From positions 64,001 to 128,000 of the forward strand of contig CAVYRJ010000004.1 of NCBI GenBank assembly GCA_963770935.1: a DNA stretch of 64,000 nucleotides, written 5' to 3'. Shown here one piece after another: positions 20,389 to 30,094 of the stretch. The DNA is from Candidatus Bathyarchaeota archaeon. GTDB taxonomy: Archaea; Thermoproteota; Bathyarchaeia; Bathyarchaeales; Bathycorpusculaceae. Each line of letters opens with the position of its first letter. Within the stretch, counting starts at the first letter, position 1. The notes under the pieces were generated by a model. The model did not search any database, was not told the DNA's origin, and worked only from the letters and a program-made list of their open reading frames with translations. Both the position numbers and the translations under genes were made by a program.

Positions 20389-23300
20389 ATGAACGCCATG
20401 AATTCTTACAAGAATCTGCTCAGGAATATAGATGTCTTAGCAGTTATCTTGGCAATTGCAGGGTGGGTTATCCTCATTTCTGATAATCCTCTGTCAGTTT
20501 ATATGGGTATGATCATTGGGGTAGCAGCAGGCTTAGTCTACTATTTTATCAAAACCAAACAGGGAAAAATAATCAAAATTCCAGTAATTCCTTCATTTAT
20601 TTCCTCAATTATCTTAATTATACTATTTTTTGTCTTTATATTTACACTCTTCACTCAGGAAACAGGCCTAATTGCTCTTAATTGGTTTGTCATACAAACG
20701 TCAGATTGGATAAGTTTCATCGTGACAAACGCTTTCTTGACTTTCATACCAGGATTTATCATATTGAATGCAATCGATCGGGAAAGCAAAATTTCCACAA
20801 TGCCGCGCATAGTAATTTCTGTACTTTTAAGTATATTCTTAAGTTCCCAATTGATTTATGTTGCCAAACAAATTACCCTTGATAGTTTTTCAACAAATAT
20901 TCTATTTATCACCGTTAATTTTGCACTTATAGCAATCTTCCTCAGGATAAAATTAAAGAAGCAAACTCCGATTCGACAAAAATACAAAGAAATAAACGTC
21001 AATTTAATGTTGGCTATTGTCTTTCTTATTATTCTTTCGGCAATTCTTGTTTATCTTCAACAATTTGTTTATGAAGCATTTGTAAGGGGCGATAACTGGA
21101 ATTATTTGGCTACGTCGAATTACATCGATAAAGGCGCATCTTCTTTGACGCCCGTTGGCAAGTTCTATAGTATAAAGTCACTATCGATTTATGAACTTTA
21201 CAATTTAGGATTATTCAGTCTATCTGGTTTTCCTGCAGTCAATTCGATGATGATAACTAGCATTGTTATTGCATCTTTGATACCTGTTGCTTTTTTTGTA
21301 ATGAGCTCACAGTATTTGAGAAGTAAGAAAATTACCCTTCTATCAACCCTAGTTTATATCGCGATTTCAGGCTTTGGCTGGATACCTTTCATTAGTCAGA
21401 AAATAGGTTTAGGTATACAGCATTATAATCCTCAGGAATTGTTTACGATTTTAGCTGGTATTGCACCTCAAGTCCTTAATGATATTTCTCAACCTCAAGG
21501 TAGCATTCCTGAAGGTTTCAAGACTTATGTTCTAGCTCTTATTTCAATCATGATGTTGCTATTTTTAATTAAGAGTCAACTATCTACAAAATCAAGAGTT
21601 TTTTTGATTGCGGTATTAACTGCTTTTGCTTTCTTGGCTCACATAGAGACAACTTTGGCGTTCTTTTTCGCATTTTTACCTGCTTATGTTCTCTTAAGTA
21701 AAAAGAAATTGCGTATTGTAAGAGAGAATATTGTGGCTCTTGCGCTGGGTATTCTACTTACGTTTGTAATAGGTTTGTCATCTCTGACTACGCTGATAAT
21801 TCCTTTTGAACTTAACTATCTGTTAGTTGCTTTTGTTCTTGGCGCGCTCCTAATCTATACCTATCTCAAACAGTATTTGAAATTAAAGCTTCCAAATTTC
21901 ACAAATATTTATGAGTTTTTTAAAAAGTCAGCATTGCTATTGATCTGTTATTTCTATTTCCTTTCACTTATCGTTCTCATTTCGTATGGTTTCTCACATA
22001 TGTATTATGGTGACTCTGTAGTATACTTAGGATTTACCTTCCCCTGGTATTATTATCCTTTAAGTTTTGGTATTGCTGGAGCTCTTTCTTTATTAGGCCT
22101 ATCTATTAAGTTTGAAAAATACAAGTCCTTATCCTTTTTTGTACTTGCCGCAGTGTTAACTATCGTTTTGGGCATTGCAGTATCATATCTGAATCTCAAT
22201 TTTTTTAATACAGGCACGAAGGAGTGGCGTTTAATATACAGAATTCTGCCGATAGCCACTTCTATTTTTGGTGGTTGGGCGCTATTCAAGTTAATGGTTA
22301 TTTTTAAGAAAATTGACTTTCATGTAATTTATCGAGCGGCAAGAACTGAAAACTGTCACCGAATTAGGTTGCGGCGTCTCTCTTTTGTTTTATTTTTATC
22401 TGTAATTATCCTTGGGGTTCCTAGCACAATTATTTCTTCAGAGTACTGGATGACTTCAAATATAACTCCTTTCGGTTCGGCTTATGCAACTATTGAAAAC
22501 CTTGAATTAGCTAACTTCGTTAACCAAAATGTTCCCATTACTTCACGAGTGGCTACCACAGGTGATATGTCAAATGCTATAATAAAACTGGCAGGGGGCA
22601 CAACGGCTATACCTTCAATATATCCTGACTTTCTACTTTCCTCCCGTCCTGAAACAATAGCTTTCCTTTCTTCCGATGTAGGGTTTGTTTGCATAGATAA
22701 GGAGATTGCTGAGCCTTCTGTGAACCGCGACTTCATAAGCTATCTCCCCATAGTGCTTGATAACGCTCGTTTCTCAGTCTATAGTTTACCATACTTAGAG
22801 TCGCCGTCTCAATCCAGTTTAGGGTACTTAGCTCCATTGCAGTATAGTAATGACACTCTTCTATCATACCTACTTATTTCATCTTTGAACTCCTCTTATC
22901 AACTGGTAAATGACGATTTTTATAAAAAATCAATAGTAATAACGCCATCCGATCTCGAAATAAATGAACAAAGTGCTTACAATGTCAATAGTTCTGATTT
23001 GCTTGATTGGGTACGTGACGGAGGCACATTTATAGTAATGGGTGGGCAAGGTGCCATGTTTAACTCGCTTGGCTTGTTTTTTGGGGGCATAAATTATCAT
23101 GCAAACTCTACAGCCAACGGTATTAGTATCACCTCTACAACATATCCCATTAAAACACTTAACCTTAAGCCACTTAATTATCGCGTTGATGCTGATGTTC
23201 ACGTCTTGAGTTATTATTCGCTGAACGGTAGCAAGGTATCTCCTTTCATAACTGAAAAAAGGATCGGAAACGGAACTATCTTTTATGTTTACATTGATCC

Positions 23301-24150
23301 TATCTATCAAGCGATAGAAACAGGAAACAATGGCTGGATCGCAAATTATGAATTAGTCACAATTGTCAAAAATGCCCTTGAAAAAGGTGGTATTCATTTT
23401 CCTGAGAGTTATGGAGGGCTATCCAGAGATCCGTTGGAAAATAGGTGGATAGGCAAATACGATACGTACGGAACGAACGATTTCTTGGCAGAGGGTAACA
23501 TAACAACTATTGCAAATGTCTCAGGTTCGCATCTAATAGCGCAACCAATTCGAGCAGAAAAATTGTTTATTAATGATGTGCGGCAGATCACAATTAATAA
23601 TACAAAAATCAATTCGATCAGAATTTCGGGTTCTGTCAGTTTAGAAGTGAAATCTAACATATGCAATTTAACTGGTTTAGACGGTAATGCTATTCCCTCT
23701 TATGTTCCACTTAAGTATGAAAATAGCTCTATTAGAATGACCGTTGGCAATGGCTCTAAAATTGAAATCTATACTGCGAAAGGGAATTATTCGATTAATG
23801 ATGGTTCAATATTGATTGAAACAAACTCGGCAGGACTTGTTTTATTAAAACCTCAGATTATTGTTGATGGCGCAATTACTTTTTCACAGATTTCACTACC
23901 TTCTGATTCTTCTGCTTGGAATTTTAACGTACGACTTGTCGGAAATCTGAACTTTAGAATTGGCTATAGTGATGGCACCTATATGTTCATGGACGAGTTC
24001 GTGGGTGAATACGATAGGATTGTTCAAAATGATGCTATCGTCGATGTGATCCCTTGGACAGCTATTCTTTTCTCATTGCCTAACATCTTTCTAGTAATAG
24101 GCATAATCTTTTTAGGGGCTTTAACATTCAGGAAGTGGAAAAACACATGA
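20389..24150 (+). CDS. 1253-aa polytopic membrane protein, GT-C-like N-terminal half plus large extracellular domain and C-terminal anchor
   Basis: About 18-20 hydrophobic segments and an RGDNWNY loop after the early TMs. The soluble region has many N-x-S/T sequons and a LLDWVRDGGTFIVMG segment. Confidence 0.6.
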   Translation: MNAMNSYKNLLRNIDVLAVILAIAGWVILISDNPLSVYMGMIIGVAAGLVYYFIKTKQGKIIKIPVIPSFISSIILIILFFVFIFTLFTQETGLIALNWFVIQTSDWISFIVTNAFLTFIPGFIILNAIDRESKISTMPRIVISVLLSIFLSSQLIYVAKQITLDSFSTNILFITVNFALIAIFLRIKLKKQTPIRQKYKEINVNLMLAIVFLIILSAILVYLQQFVYEAFVRGDNWNYLATSNYIDKGASSLTPVGKFYSIKSLSIYELYNLGLFSLSGFPAVNSMMITSIVIASLIPVAFFVMSSQYLRSKKITLLSTLVYIAISGFGWIPFISQKIGLGIQHYNPQELFTILAGIAPQVLNDISQPQGSIPEGFKTYVLALISIMMLLFLIKSQLSTKSRVFLIAVLTAFAFLAHIETTLAFFFAFLPAYVLLSKKKLRIVRENIVALALGILLTFVIGLSSLTTLIIPFELNYLLVAFVLGALLIYTYLKQYLKLKLPNFTNIYEFFKKSALLLICYFYFLSLIVLISYGFSHMYYGDSVVYLGFTFPWYYYPLSFGIAGALSLLGLSIKFEKYKSLSFFVLAAVLTIVLGIAVSYLNLNFFNTGTKEWRLIYRILPIATSIFGGWALFKLMVIFKKIDFHVIYRAARTENCHRIRLRRLSFVLFLSVIILGVPSTIISSEYWMTSNITPFGSAYATIENLELANFVNQNVPITSRVATTGDMSNAIIKLAGGTTAIPSIYPDFLLSSRPETIAFLSSDVGFVCIDKEIAEPSVNRDFISYLPIVLDNARFSVYSLPYLESPSQSSLGYLAPLQYSNDTLLSYLLISSLNSSYQLVNDDFYKKSIVITPSDLEINEQSAYNVNSSDLLDWVRDGGTFIVMGGQGAMFNSLGLFFGGINYHANSTANGISITSTTYPIKTLNLKPLNYRVDADVHVLSYYSLNGSKVSPFITEKRIGNGTIFYVYIDPIYQAIETGNNGWIANYELVTIVKNALEKGGIHFPESYGGLSRDPLENRWIGKYDTYGTNDFLAEGNITTIANVSGSHLIAQPIRAEKLFINDVRQITINNTKINSIRISGSVSLEVKSNICNLTGLDGNAIPSYVPLKYENSSIRMTVGNGSKIEIYTAKGNYSINDGSILIETNSAGLVLLKPQIIVDGAITFSQISLPSDSSAWNFNVRLVGNLNFRIGYSDGTYMFMDEFVGEYDRIVQNDAIVDVIPWTAILFSLPNIFLVIGIIFLGALTFRKWKNT

Positions 24151-25133
24151 TATCCCTCACAAAAGAATTGATTAAAGAAAACGGTTCCGATGGGGTATTG
24201 TCCTTTGCTCAAAGGTTCTCACTTCAGTTAATGGAAGAATATTATAATTTCAGAAAAGGCGCCGTTAGGGTTACAGATGAAGTCTGGAGAAAAATTAATT
24301 TTAGTGCATTGAATTTGCACTCCGATTCTGAGTCAAGGTTACTTTTAAACCCGGTTGATGAAGGTTTTTCAAAAGAATTTTGTCTTTATGGCTTTAGGGA
24401 ACCATTAAATACTTTTGCCATTTTTAATAAGATTAAACGGAAAAAGCCTTTCGTTCTTGATATTGGGAGCAATCTTGGGTATTTTCCATTGGTTGAACTC
24501 CAGGCCGGCGCTAAACATGTTATAGCTGTCGAACCTGTTCCTTTGACTTTTTCTTTCCTATCAAAAACTCTTGAAAAATACGGTAATGCAACTTCTCTCA
24601 ATATTGCGATGTCCGATAAAGAGGAAATGCTAAAACTCTATGTGGCCAAAAAATTTAACGTCACTTCCTCTCAAGCTGAGTTGTTAAAAGATGGGGGGCA
24701 TGAGATTTTTAAGGAGATTACTGTTCATGCATTACCTCTCTCTAATTTAGCTGAAAAGTTTCCTATAGATTTGATCAGGCTAGATTTGGAAGGGCATGAA
24801 TATTTTATGCTTGGTAGCGATATCCCTGAACGAATTAACACTATTTGTATGGAGCTTCATGTTATTCCTCCGTTCGGAAGAGATCATGTTAGACAACTTT
24901 TTAAGAATTTTAAAAAACATGGTTTTAGGCTTTCGTTGGTCATTGATGAAATGCCACGTGGCTTTTATCCGCTTGTTAGCAACTTCGGGTTGGAAGCGAC
25001 CTATAAGTTGATTAATAGTTTTAAAAGAAAGAATTTAAGCGGTATTAGTTACGAGTTGGATGTTGACTTTGATTCTCTTGCGAATAATATTAACAGAGGC
25101 ATAATTCATCTCATATTGGAAAAAGGTTCCTAA
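24147..25133 (+). CDS. FkbM-family SAM-dependent methyltransferase
   Basis: VLDIGSNLGYF, VIAVEPVP, IDLIRLDLEGHEY, MELH. ATG overlaps the previous stop (ATGA). Confidence 0.85.
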   Translation: MISLTKELIKENGSDGVLSFAQRFSLQLMEEYYNFRKGAVRVTDEVWRKINFSALNLHSDSESRLLLNPVDEGFSKEFCLYGFREPLNTFAIFNKIKRKKPFVLDIGSNLGYFPLVELQAGAKHVIAVEPVPLTFSFLSKTLEKYGNATSLNIAMSDKEEMLKLYVAKKFNVTSSQAELLKDGGHEIFKEITVHALPLSNLAEKFPIDLIRLDLEGHEYFMLGSDIPERINTICMELHVIPPFGRDHVRQLFKNFKKHGFRLSLVIDEMPRGFYPLVSNFGLEATYKLINSFKRKNLSGISYELDVDFDSLANNINRGIIHLILEKGS

Positions 25134-25177
25134 TTAAGTCTCTGACTGAGTTAAAATTGTCGTTTGTATGAAATGGG

Positions 25178-25191
25178 GAAAGGCTTTTAAG
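25178..25191 (+). promoter_or_regulatory. Putative BRE-TATA promoter for the pse sub-cluster
   Basis: GAAAGGCTTTTAAG about 50 nt upstream of GTG 25242. Confidence 0.45.
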
Positions 25192-25241
25192 ACGCCCGTT
25201 TAGTATTTATCCAAATAATAATACAATCGGGGGAAAAATAA

Positions 25242-26435
25242 GTGAAATATTGTACTAAATGTTTAATGCCAGATACTCGTCCTCACACGATCATGACTAA
25301 AGAAGGACTATGTCAAGCATGTTTGAACCAGGAAGAGAAGAAAAAGGTTGACTGGTCAAAAAGATGGGTAGAACTAAAGGCTTTATGTGATAAATACCGG
25401 AGGAAAGACGGGTATTACGATTGTGTTATTCCCGTTAGTGGAGGAAAAGATAGTCACTATTTAGTTTATATTATGAAGGAAAAAATGGGAATGAATCCGC
25501 TTCTAATAACCGTGGCAGATCCATTTACAAAAACTATTACAGGCCAAAAAAACTTTGCAAATTTGGGATCTGCTTTTAATTGTGACATGATACTTTTCAA
25601 TTTGAGCATTGATCTTTTTAGAAGAGTAACTAAGATCGGTTTCGAGGAACTTGGTGAACCATTGCGTTTTGTTGAAGCAGCAATTTATACTGCTCCTTAC
25701 AAAATTGCAGTGTCTATGAATATACCTCTAATTGTTTTTGGCGAAAACGCAGCTTTTGAGTATGGAACAACAGATAAAGAAGACTATAGCGCCAAAAAAT
25801 ATATAGCGGCAGGACACAGCGCTGCAGCAGAAAAACTTGGCAAAGAAATTTGTGATTTCTGGTTAACCCGTGGAATTTCCAAAGCTGAAATGAATGCCAT
25901 TATTCCCCCAACTCAAGCTGAGGTTGATAGAGTAAAGCCTGAGCCTATCTTTATGAGTTATTTCACACCCTGGGATGATGAGAGAAATTATCAGATAGCG
26001 AAACGTTATGGATTCATAGATTTAGTTCATGAATGGCGAAGAGAAGGAAATGTTGAAGACTATGGTCAGATAGACTCAATTTCTTACATTGTTCATCTTT
26101 GGATGAAATATCCAAAGTTTGGTTTTGGCCGAGCTACTGATATAACCTGTAGATGGATTAGGGGCGGCAAGATAACAAGGGCAGAAGCGATAAAGCTTGT
26201 AATGAAATACGATCATAGGTTGGATAAGTTAGCAATGCAGGACTTTATTAATTTCATGGGTTATCAGCCAAGACAATTTTGGGACATTGTTGAAAAGTTC
26301 TGGAACAAAGAAATATTTGAAAATGTTGATGGAACGTGGATACTGAAAAATCCTTTGTGGAAGTTAGAAAATCCAACAAGTTATGTCTCTCTTCCACCCT
26401 TCGTAGACGTCAAGGAAAAAGAATCAAGTAAATAA
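25242..26435 (+). CDS. N-acetyl sugar amidotransferase (PseA/WbpG/WbuX family)
   Basis: YCTKCLMPDTRP, GLCQAC, YDCVIPVSGGKDS PP-loop, KYPKFGFGRATD, IRGGKITRAEA. Confidence 0.9.
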   Translation: MKYCTKCLMPDTRPHTIMTKEGLCQACLNQEEKKKVDWSKRWVELKALCDKYRRKDGYYDCVIPVSGGKDSHYLVYIMKEKMGMNPLLITVADPFTKTITGQKNFANLGSAFNCDMILFNLSIDLFRRVTKIGFEELGEPLRFVEAAIYTAPYKIAVSMNIPLIVFGENAAFEYGTTDKEDYSAKKYIAAGHSAAAEKLGKEICDFWLTRGISKAEMNAIIPPTQAEVDRVKPEPIFMSYFTPWDDERNYQIAKRYGFIDLVHEWRREGNVEDYGQIDSISYIVHLWMKYPKFGFGRATDITCRWIRGGKITRAEAIKLVMKYDHRLDKLAMQDFINFMGYQPRQFWDIVEKFWNKEIFENVDGTWILKNPLWKLENPTSYVSLPPFVDVKEKESSK

Positions 26436-26541
26436 CATAATCAACATTTTCTATCTTTTCTTTTTTTGCTTTAAATTCTGCATTTTTATGGAATAATTAA
26501 AATACTTACGGTTTGTATAAGGTGCCCATTGGGTCTTTGCT

Positions 26542-27132
26542 ATGAAAGAAGAGAAAATAAAGCTATGGGGCTCTGATTTTGGTGTTGATTATACAAATAG
26601 AAATGTTATAGATCCTGAGACCCGAGTTAACGCTTTTAGATCTATGGTTGGCGATCTTAAAATTAATAAGATTTTAGAAGTTGGCAGTAATGTTGGTCAT
26701 AATCTTGTAGCTCTCTCAAGAATTGGTGATTATCAATTGATTGGGTTAGAGCCATCGAAGTATGCGGTGTTGCATGGTAGATTAGATAATAAATTGGCAA
26801 TCCTTGAGGGAAATATATTCGATATACCTTTCAAAGATGGATATTTTGATTTGGTTTTTACGAGCGGCGTTTTGATTCATATCAGTTTAGAAGATCTGCC
26901 AAAAGCAATTGATGAATTGTATCGTGTATCTAGTAAGTACTTGTTAGTAATTGAGTATTATGCGCAAGAAGAGACAGTGATACCTTATCATGGGCATAAT
27001 GATGTGCTCTGGAAAAGAGATTTTAAGAAACATTTTGAGGAGCGTTATCCACAATTAAAAATTGTTAAATCGGGGTATTGGGATAAGGCTGATGGATTTG
27101 ATAGAACGCATTGGTGGCTATTTGAGAAATAG
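26542..27132 (+). CDS. Pseudaminic-acid-biosynthesis-associated methyltransferase
   Basis: WGSDFGVDYTNRN, ILEVGSNVGHNL, FDLVFTSGVLIHI, YHGHNDVLWKRDF, WWLFEK. Adjacent to pseB. Confidence 0.85.
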   Translation: MKEEKIKLWGSDFGVDYTNRNVIDPETRVNAFRSMVGDLKINKILEVGSNVGHNLVALSRIGDYQLIGLEPSKYAVLHGRLDNKLAILEGNIFDIPFKDGYFDLVFTSGVLIHISLEDLPKAIDELYRVSSKYLLVIEYYAQEETVIPYHGHNDVLWKRDFKKHFEERYPQLKIVKSGYWDKADGFDRTHWWLFEK

Positions 27133-27218
27133 GTTGTTGCATATGCCTAAAATGATCGATTAAAATGACAGAAGATTTGCATACAATGTGTAGTCTTTGG
27201 TTTGGGAAGGTAATGTAG

Positions 27219-28187
27219 GTGTTTTGGGAAAATAAGGTTGTGATGGTAACTGGCGGTACCGGTTCGTTTGGGAAAATGTTCATTAAGGTTATGCTTCGTG
27301 ACTTTCATCCAAAAAAATTGATAGTTTTTAGTAGAGATGAATTAAAACAACATGAAATGCAAACCTGTGGATACGATGACCCTGCATTACGTTTCTTCAT
27401 CGGTGATGTAAGGGACGCTTCGCGTTTGAATCGAGCTATGAATGACGTAGATGTAGTTATTCATGCGGCTGCTCTAAAACAAGTTCCTGCTTGTGAATAC
27501 AACCCTATAGAAGCTGTAATGACAAATGTTATGGGTGCAAGAAATGTAATTGATGCCGCCCTAGATGCAGAGGTGGAGAGAGTTATCGGTCTCAGTACAG
27601 ATAAAGCCGTAAATCCAGTCAACCTATATGGAGCTACTAAACTAGTAGCTGAGAAGCTTTTTGTTCAAGCAAACTCATATAGCGGAGAAAAACCCACCCG
27701 ATTTGCCTGCGTTCGATATGGCAATGTCGTAGGAAGCAGGGGCAGCGTTATTCCACTTTTTGCTCAACAACGAAACAATGGAAGTGTCACTGTTACTGAT
27801 GCTCGTATGACACGTTTCTGGATTGACTTGGAACAAGGGGTAAAGTTTGTCATTAATTGTATTGAAAAAATGAACGGCGGTGAAGTTTTCATTCCTAAAA
27901 TCCCCAGTATGAATATAATGGACCTAGTTGAAGCTATAGCGCCAAAATGTGACGTCAAATTTATTGGGATTCGACCTGGAGAAAAGCTTCATGAGACTTT
28001 GTTAGGCGAAGATGAGTCATGGCATACCGTGGAATTAGACGATATGTATGTTATTGAGCCTCTTCATGCGTGGTGGAACGCAAAAAACTGGTCAAACGGT
28101 GAAAAACTACCTGAAGGTTTTCGATATTCAAGTAATACTAACATAGAAAAACTATCTGTCGAAGACTTAAGAAAGCTAGCTAAATAA
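27219..28187 (+). CDS. pseB: UDP-N-acetylglucosamine 4,6-dehydratase (inverting)
   Basis: TGGTGSFG, FSRDELKQ, HAAALKQVPACEYNP, STDKAVNPVNLYGATK, RYGNVVGSRGSV, GIRPGEKLHE. Confidence 0.93.
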   Translation: MFWENKVVMVTGGTGSFGKMFIKVMLRDFHPKKLIVFSRDELKQHEMQTCGYDDPALRFFIGDVRDASRLNRAMNDVDVVIHAAALKQVPACEYNPIEAVMTNVMGARNVIDAALDAEVERVIGLSTDKAVNPVNLYGATKLVAEKLFVQANSYSGEKPTRFACVRYGNVVGSRGSVIPLFAQQRNNGSVTVTDARMTRFWIDLEQGVKFVINCIEKMNGGEVFIPKIPSMNIMDLVEAIAPKCDVKFIGIRPGEKLHETLLGEDESWHTVELDDMYVIEPLHAWWNAKNWSNGEKLPEGFRYSSNTNIEKLSVEDLRKLAK

Positions 28188-28207
28188 CATTTACTTGGGA
28201 GGTCATA

Positions 28208-29362
28208 TTGATGCTAGATTTTATACCGTATGGTAAGCAATCGATAGACGAAGAAGACATTAAAGCAGTAACAAATGTTTTGCGTTCCGATTGGTTAACT
28301 ACAGGCCCAATGGTTGAGGCTTTTGAAAAGGCGGTAGCAGAACTTGTAGGTGCCAAGTATGCAGTGGCTTTTTCAAGTGGAACTGCTGGTTTGCATGCCG
28401 CTGCGTTTGCTTCAAACATTGTCAAAGGAGATGAAGTTCTTGTGCCGCCTATGACTTTTGTTGCGACTGCTAACTCTGTGGTGTATCAAGGGGGAAATCC
28501 CGTTTTTGTTGATGTAGAACCGGATACATTATTGATAGATCCTTTGAAATTGGAAGAGAAGATTAATCCTAAAACCCGAGCTATAATTGCGGTTGATTAT
28601 GCTGGACAGCCATGTAATTACGATGATTTGAGCAAGATTGCTGAAAAAAATAATTTGATTCTTATTTCAGATGCTTGTCATGCTCTTGGAGCTAAATATC
28701 GAGGAAGCCGGATTGGTTCTTTGGCGGATCTTACTGTTTTTAGTTTCCATCCTGTAAAGCACATAACTACAGGGGAAGGTGGAATGGTTGTTACCGATAA
28801 TGCAGACTTTGCGAATAGGATGCGACGGTTTCGTAATCATGGCATTCAAACTGATTATCGTCAAAGAGCTGAGGCTGGAACTTGGTTTTATGAGATGGTG
28901 GATCTTGGTTATAATTATCGGTTGACAGATATTCAGTGTGCCTTAGGTTTAAGTCAGTTGAGAAAGCTCGGAGGTTGGATTGATAGAAGGCGAGAAATTG
29001 CCAAAATGTATGATGCAGGTTTTCGTGGTGAATCGTGCGTTAAAGCGTTGAAGGTAAGTGGAGATGTTTTTCATGTTTATCATCTATATGTTGTTCAGTT
29101 ATCCATTGATAAACTAAAGTTGAGTAAGTCACAGATTTTTTCGTCTTTGAGGAATGCTGGGATTGGTGTGAACGTGCATTATATTCCTGTTCATTTGCAC
29201 CCGTATTACAAAGTAAACTTTGGGACTTCATTGGGTTTATGTCCAGTTGCAGAGTCTGCTTACGAGAGAATCCTTTCTTTACCAATTTTTCCAGGGATGT
29301 CAGATGATGATGTCAGCCGTGTAATAGTGGAAGTTAAGAAAGTCTTGGAGAATTGTTCATGA
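28208..29362 (+). CDS. pseC: UDP-4-amino-4,6-dideoxy-N-acetyl-beta-L-altrosamine transaminase
   Basis: IPYGKQSIDEEDI, SDWLTTGP, FSFHPVKHITTGEGG, LGYNYRLTDIQCALG, GVNVHYIPVH. Follows pseB. Confidence 0.92.
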   Translation: MMLDFIPYGKQSIDEEDIKAVTNVLRSDWLTTGPMVEAFEKAVAELVGAKYAVAFSSGTAGLHAAAFASNIVKGDEVLVPPMTFVATANSVVYQGGNPVFVDVEPDTLLIDPLKLEEKINPKTRAIIAVDYAGQPCNYDDLSKIAEKNNLILISDACHALGAKYRGSRIGSLADLTVFSFHPVKHITTGEGGMVVTDNADFANRMRRFRNHGIQTDYRQRAEAGTWFYEMVDLGYNYRLTDIQCALGLSQLRKLGGWIDRRREIAKMYDAGFRGESCVKALKVSGDVFHVYHLYVVQLSIDKLKLSKSQIFSSLRNAGIGVNVHYIPVHLHPYYKVNFGTSLGLCPVAESAYERILSLPIFPGMSDDDVSRVIVEVKKVLENCS

Positions 29363-30091
29363 GAATTGTTGCAATAATCCAGGCTAGAATGAACAGTAAT
29401 AGGTTACCTGGGAAAGTGCTGAAAGATATTTGTGGCGAATCAATGCTTAGTCGGGTTGTTCATCGTGTTAAGTCTGCGGCTTCTTTAGATAAGGTTGTTG
29501 TTGCAACCAGCGATACGCTTGTTGATGATTTAATTGAAAATGAATGTGGTAAGTTAGGTGTCTCTGTTTTTAGAGGTAGGGAAGATGATGTACTTGACCG
29601 GTTTTTTCAAGCTGCACTTTATCATAAGGCTGAAGTTGTTGTTCGTATTACTGCTGATTGTCCTTTGATTGAGCCAGAAATTATTGATAAGGTTGTTCAA
29701 GCTTTTTTGAAGTTCAGAAGTGGATTATGCTAGTAATACATTGCAACGGACCTATCCTCGTGGTTTAGATGTTGAAGCGGTTGGTTTACAAGCTCTAACT
29801 ACCGCTTGGAAAAATTCATTTAAGCCATATCATAGAGCCCATGTAACGCCATATATTTATGAAAATACTGATTTATTCAAGCTTTTATCAGTAACTAATT
29901 CAAGTGACTGGAGCAGATATCGTTGGACCGTGGATACTCATGAAGATCTTCAATTCGTTCGTAGAGTCTATGAGATTCTAGGCGGCAACAGTCTATTCAG
30001 CTGGAATGAGGTATTGAGTCTATGCGAGGGGAATCAAAGTCTGGTCGAACTGAATTGTCATGTACAACAGAAACCTTTGGAGAAGAGTTAG
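29359..30091 (+). CDS. pseF: Nonulosonate cytidylyltransferase (SpsF/PseF-type); split by +1 indel
   Basis: IIQARMNSNRLPGKVL, RITADCPLIEP. Removing one T at ~29713 gives KSEVDYASN...YPRGLDVE...HVTPYI...RWTVDT. Confidence 0.8.
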
Positions 30092-30094
30092 TAT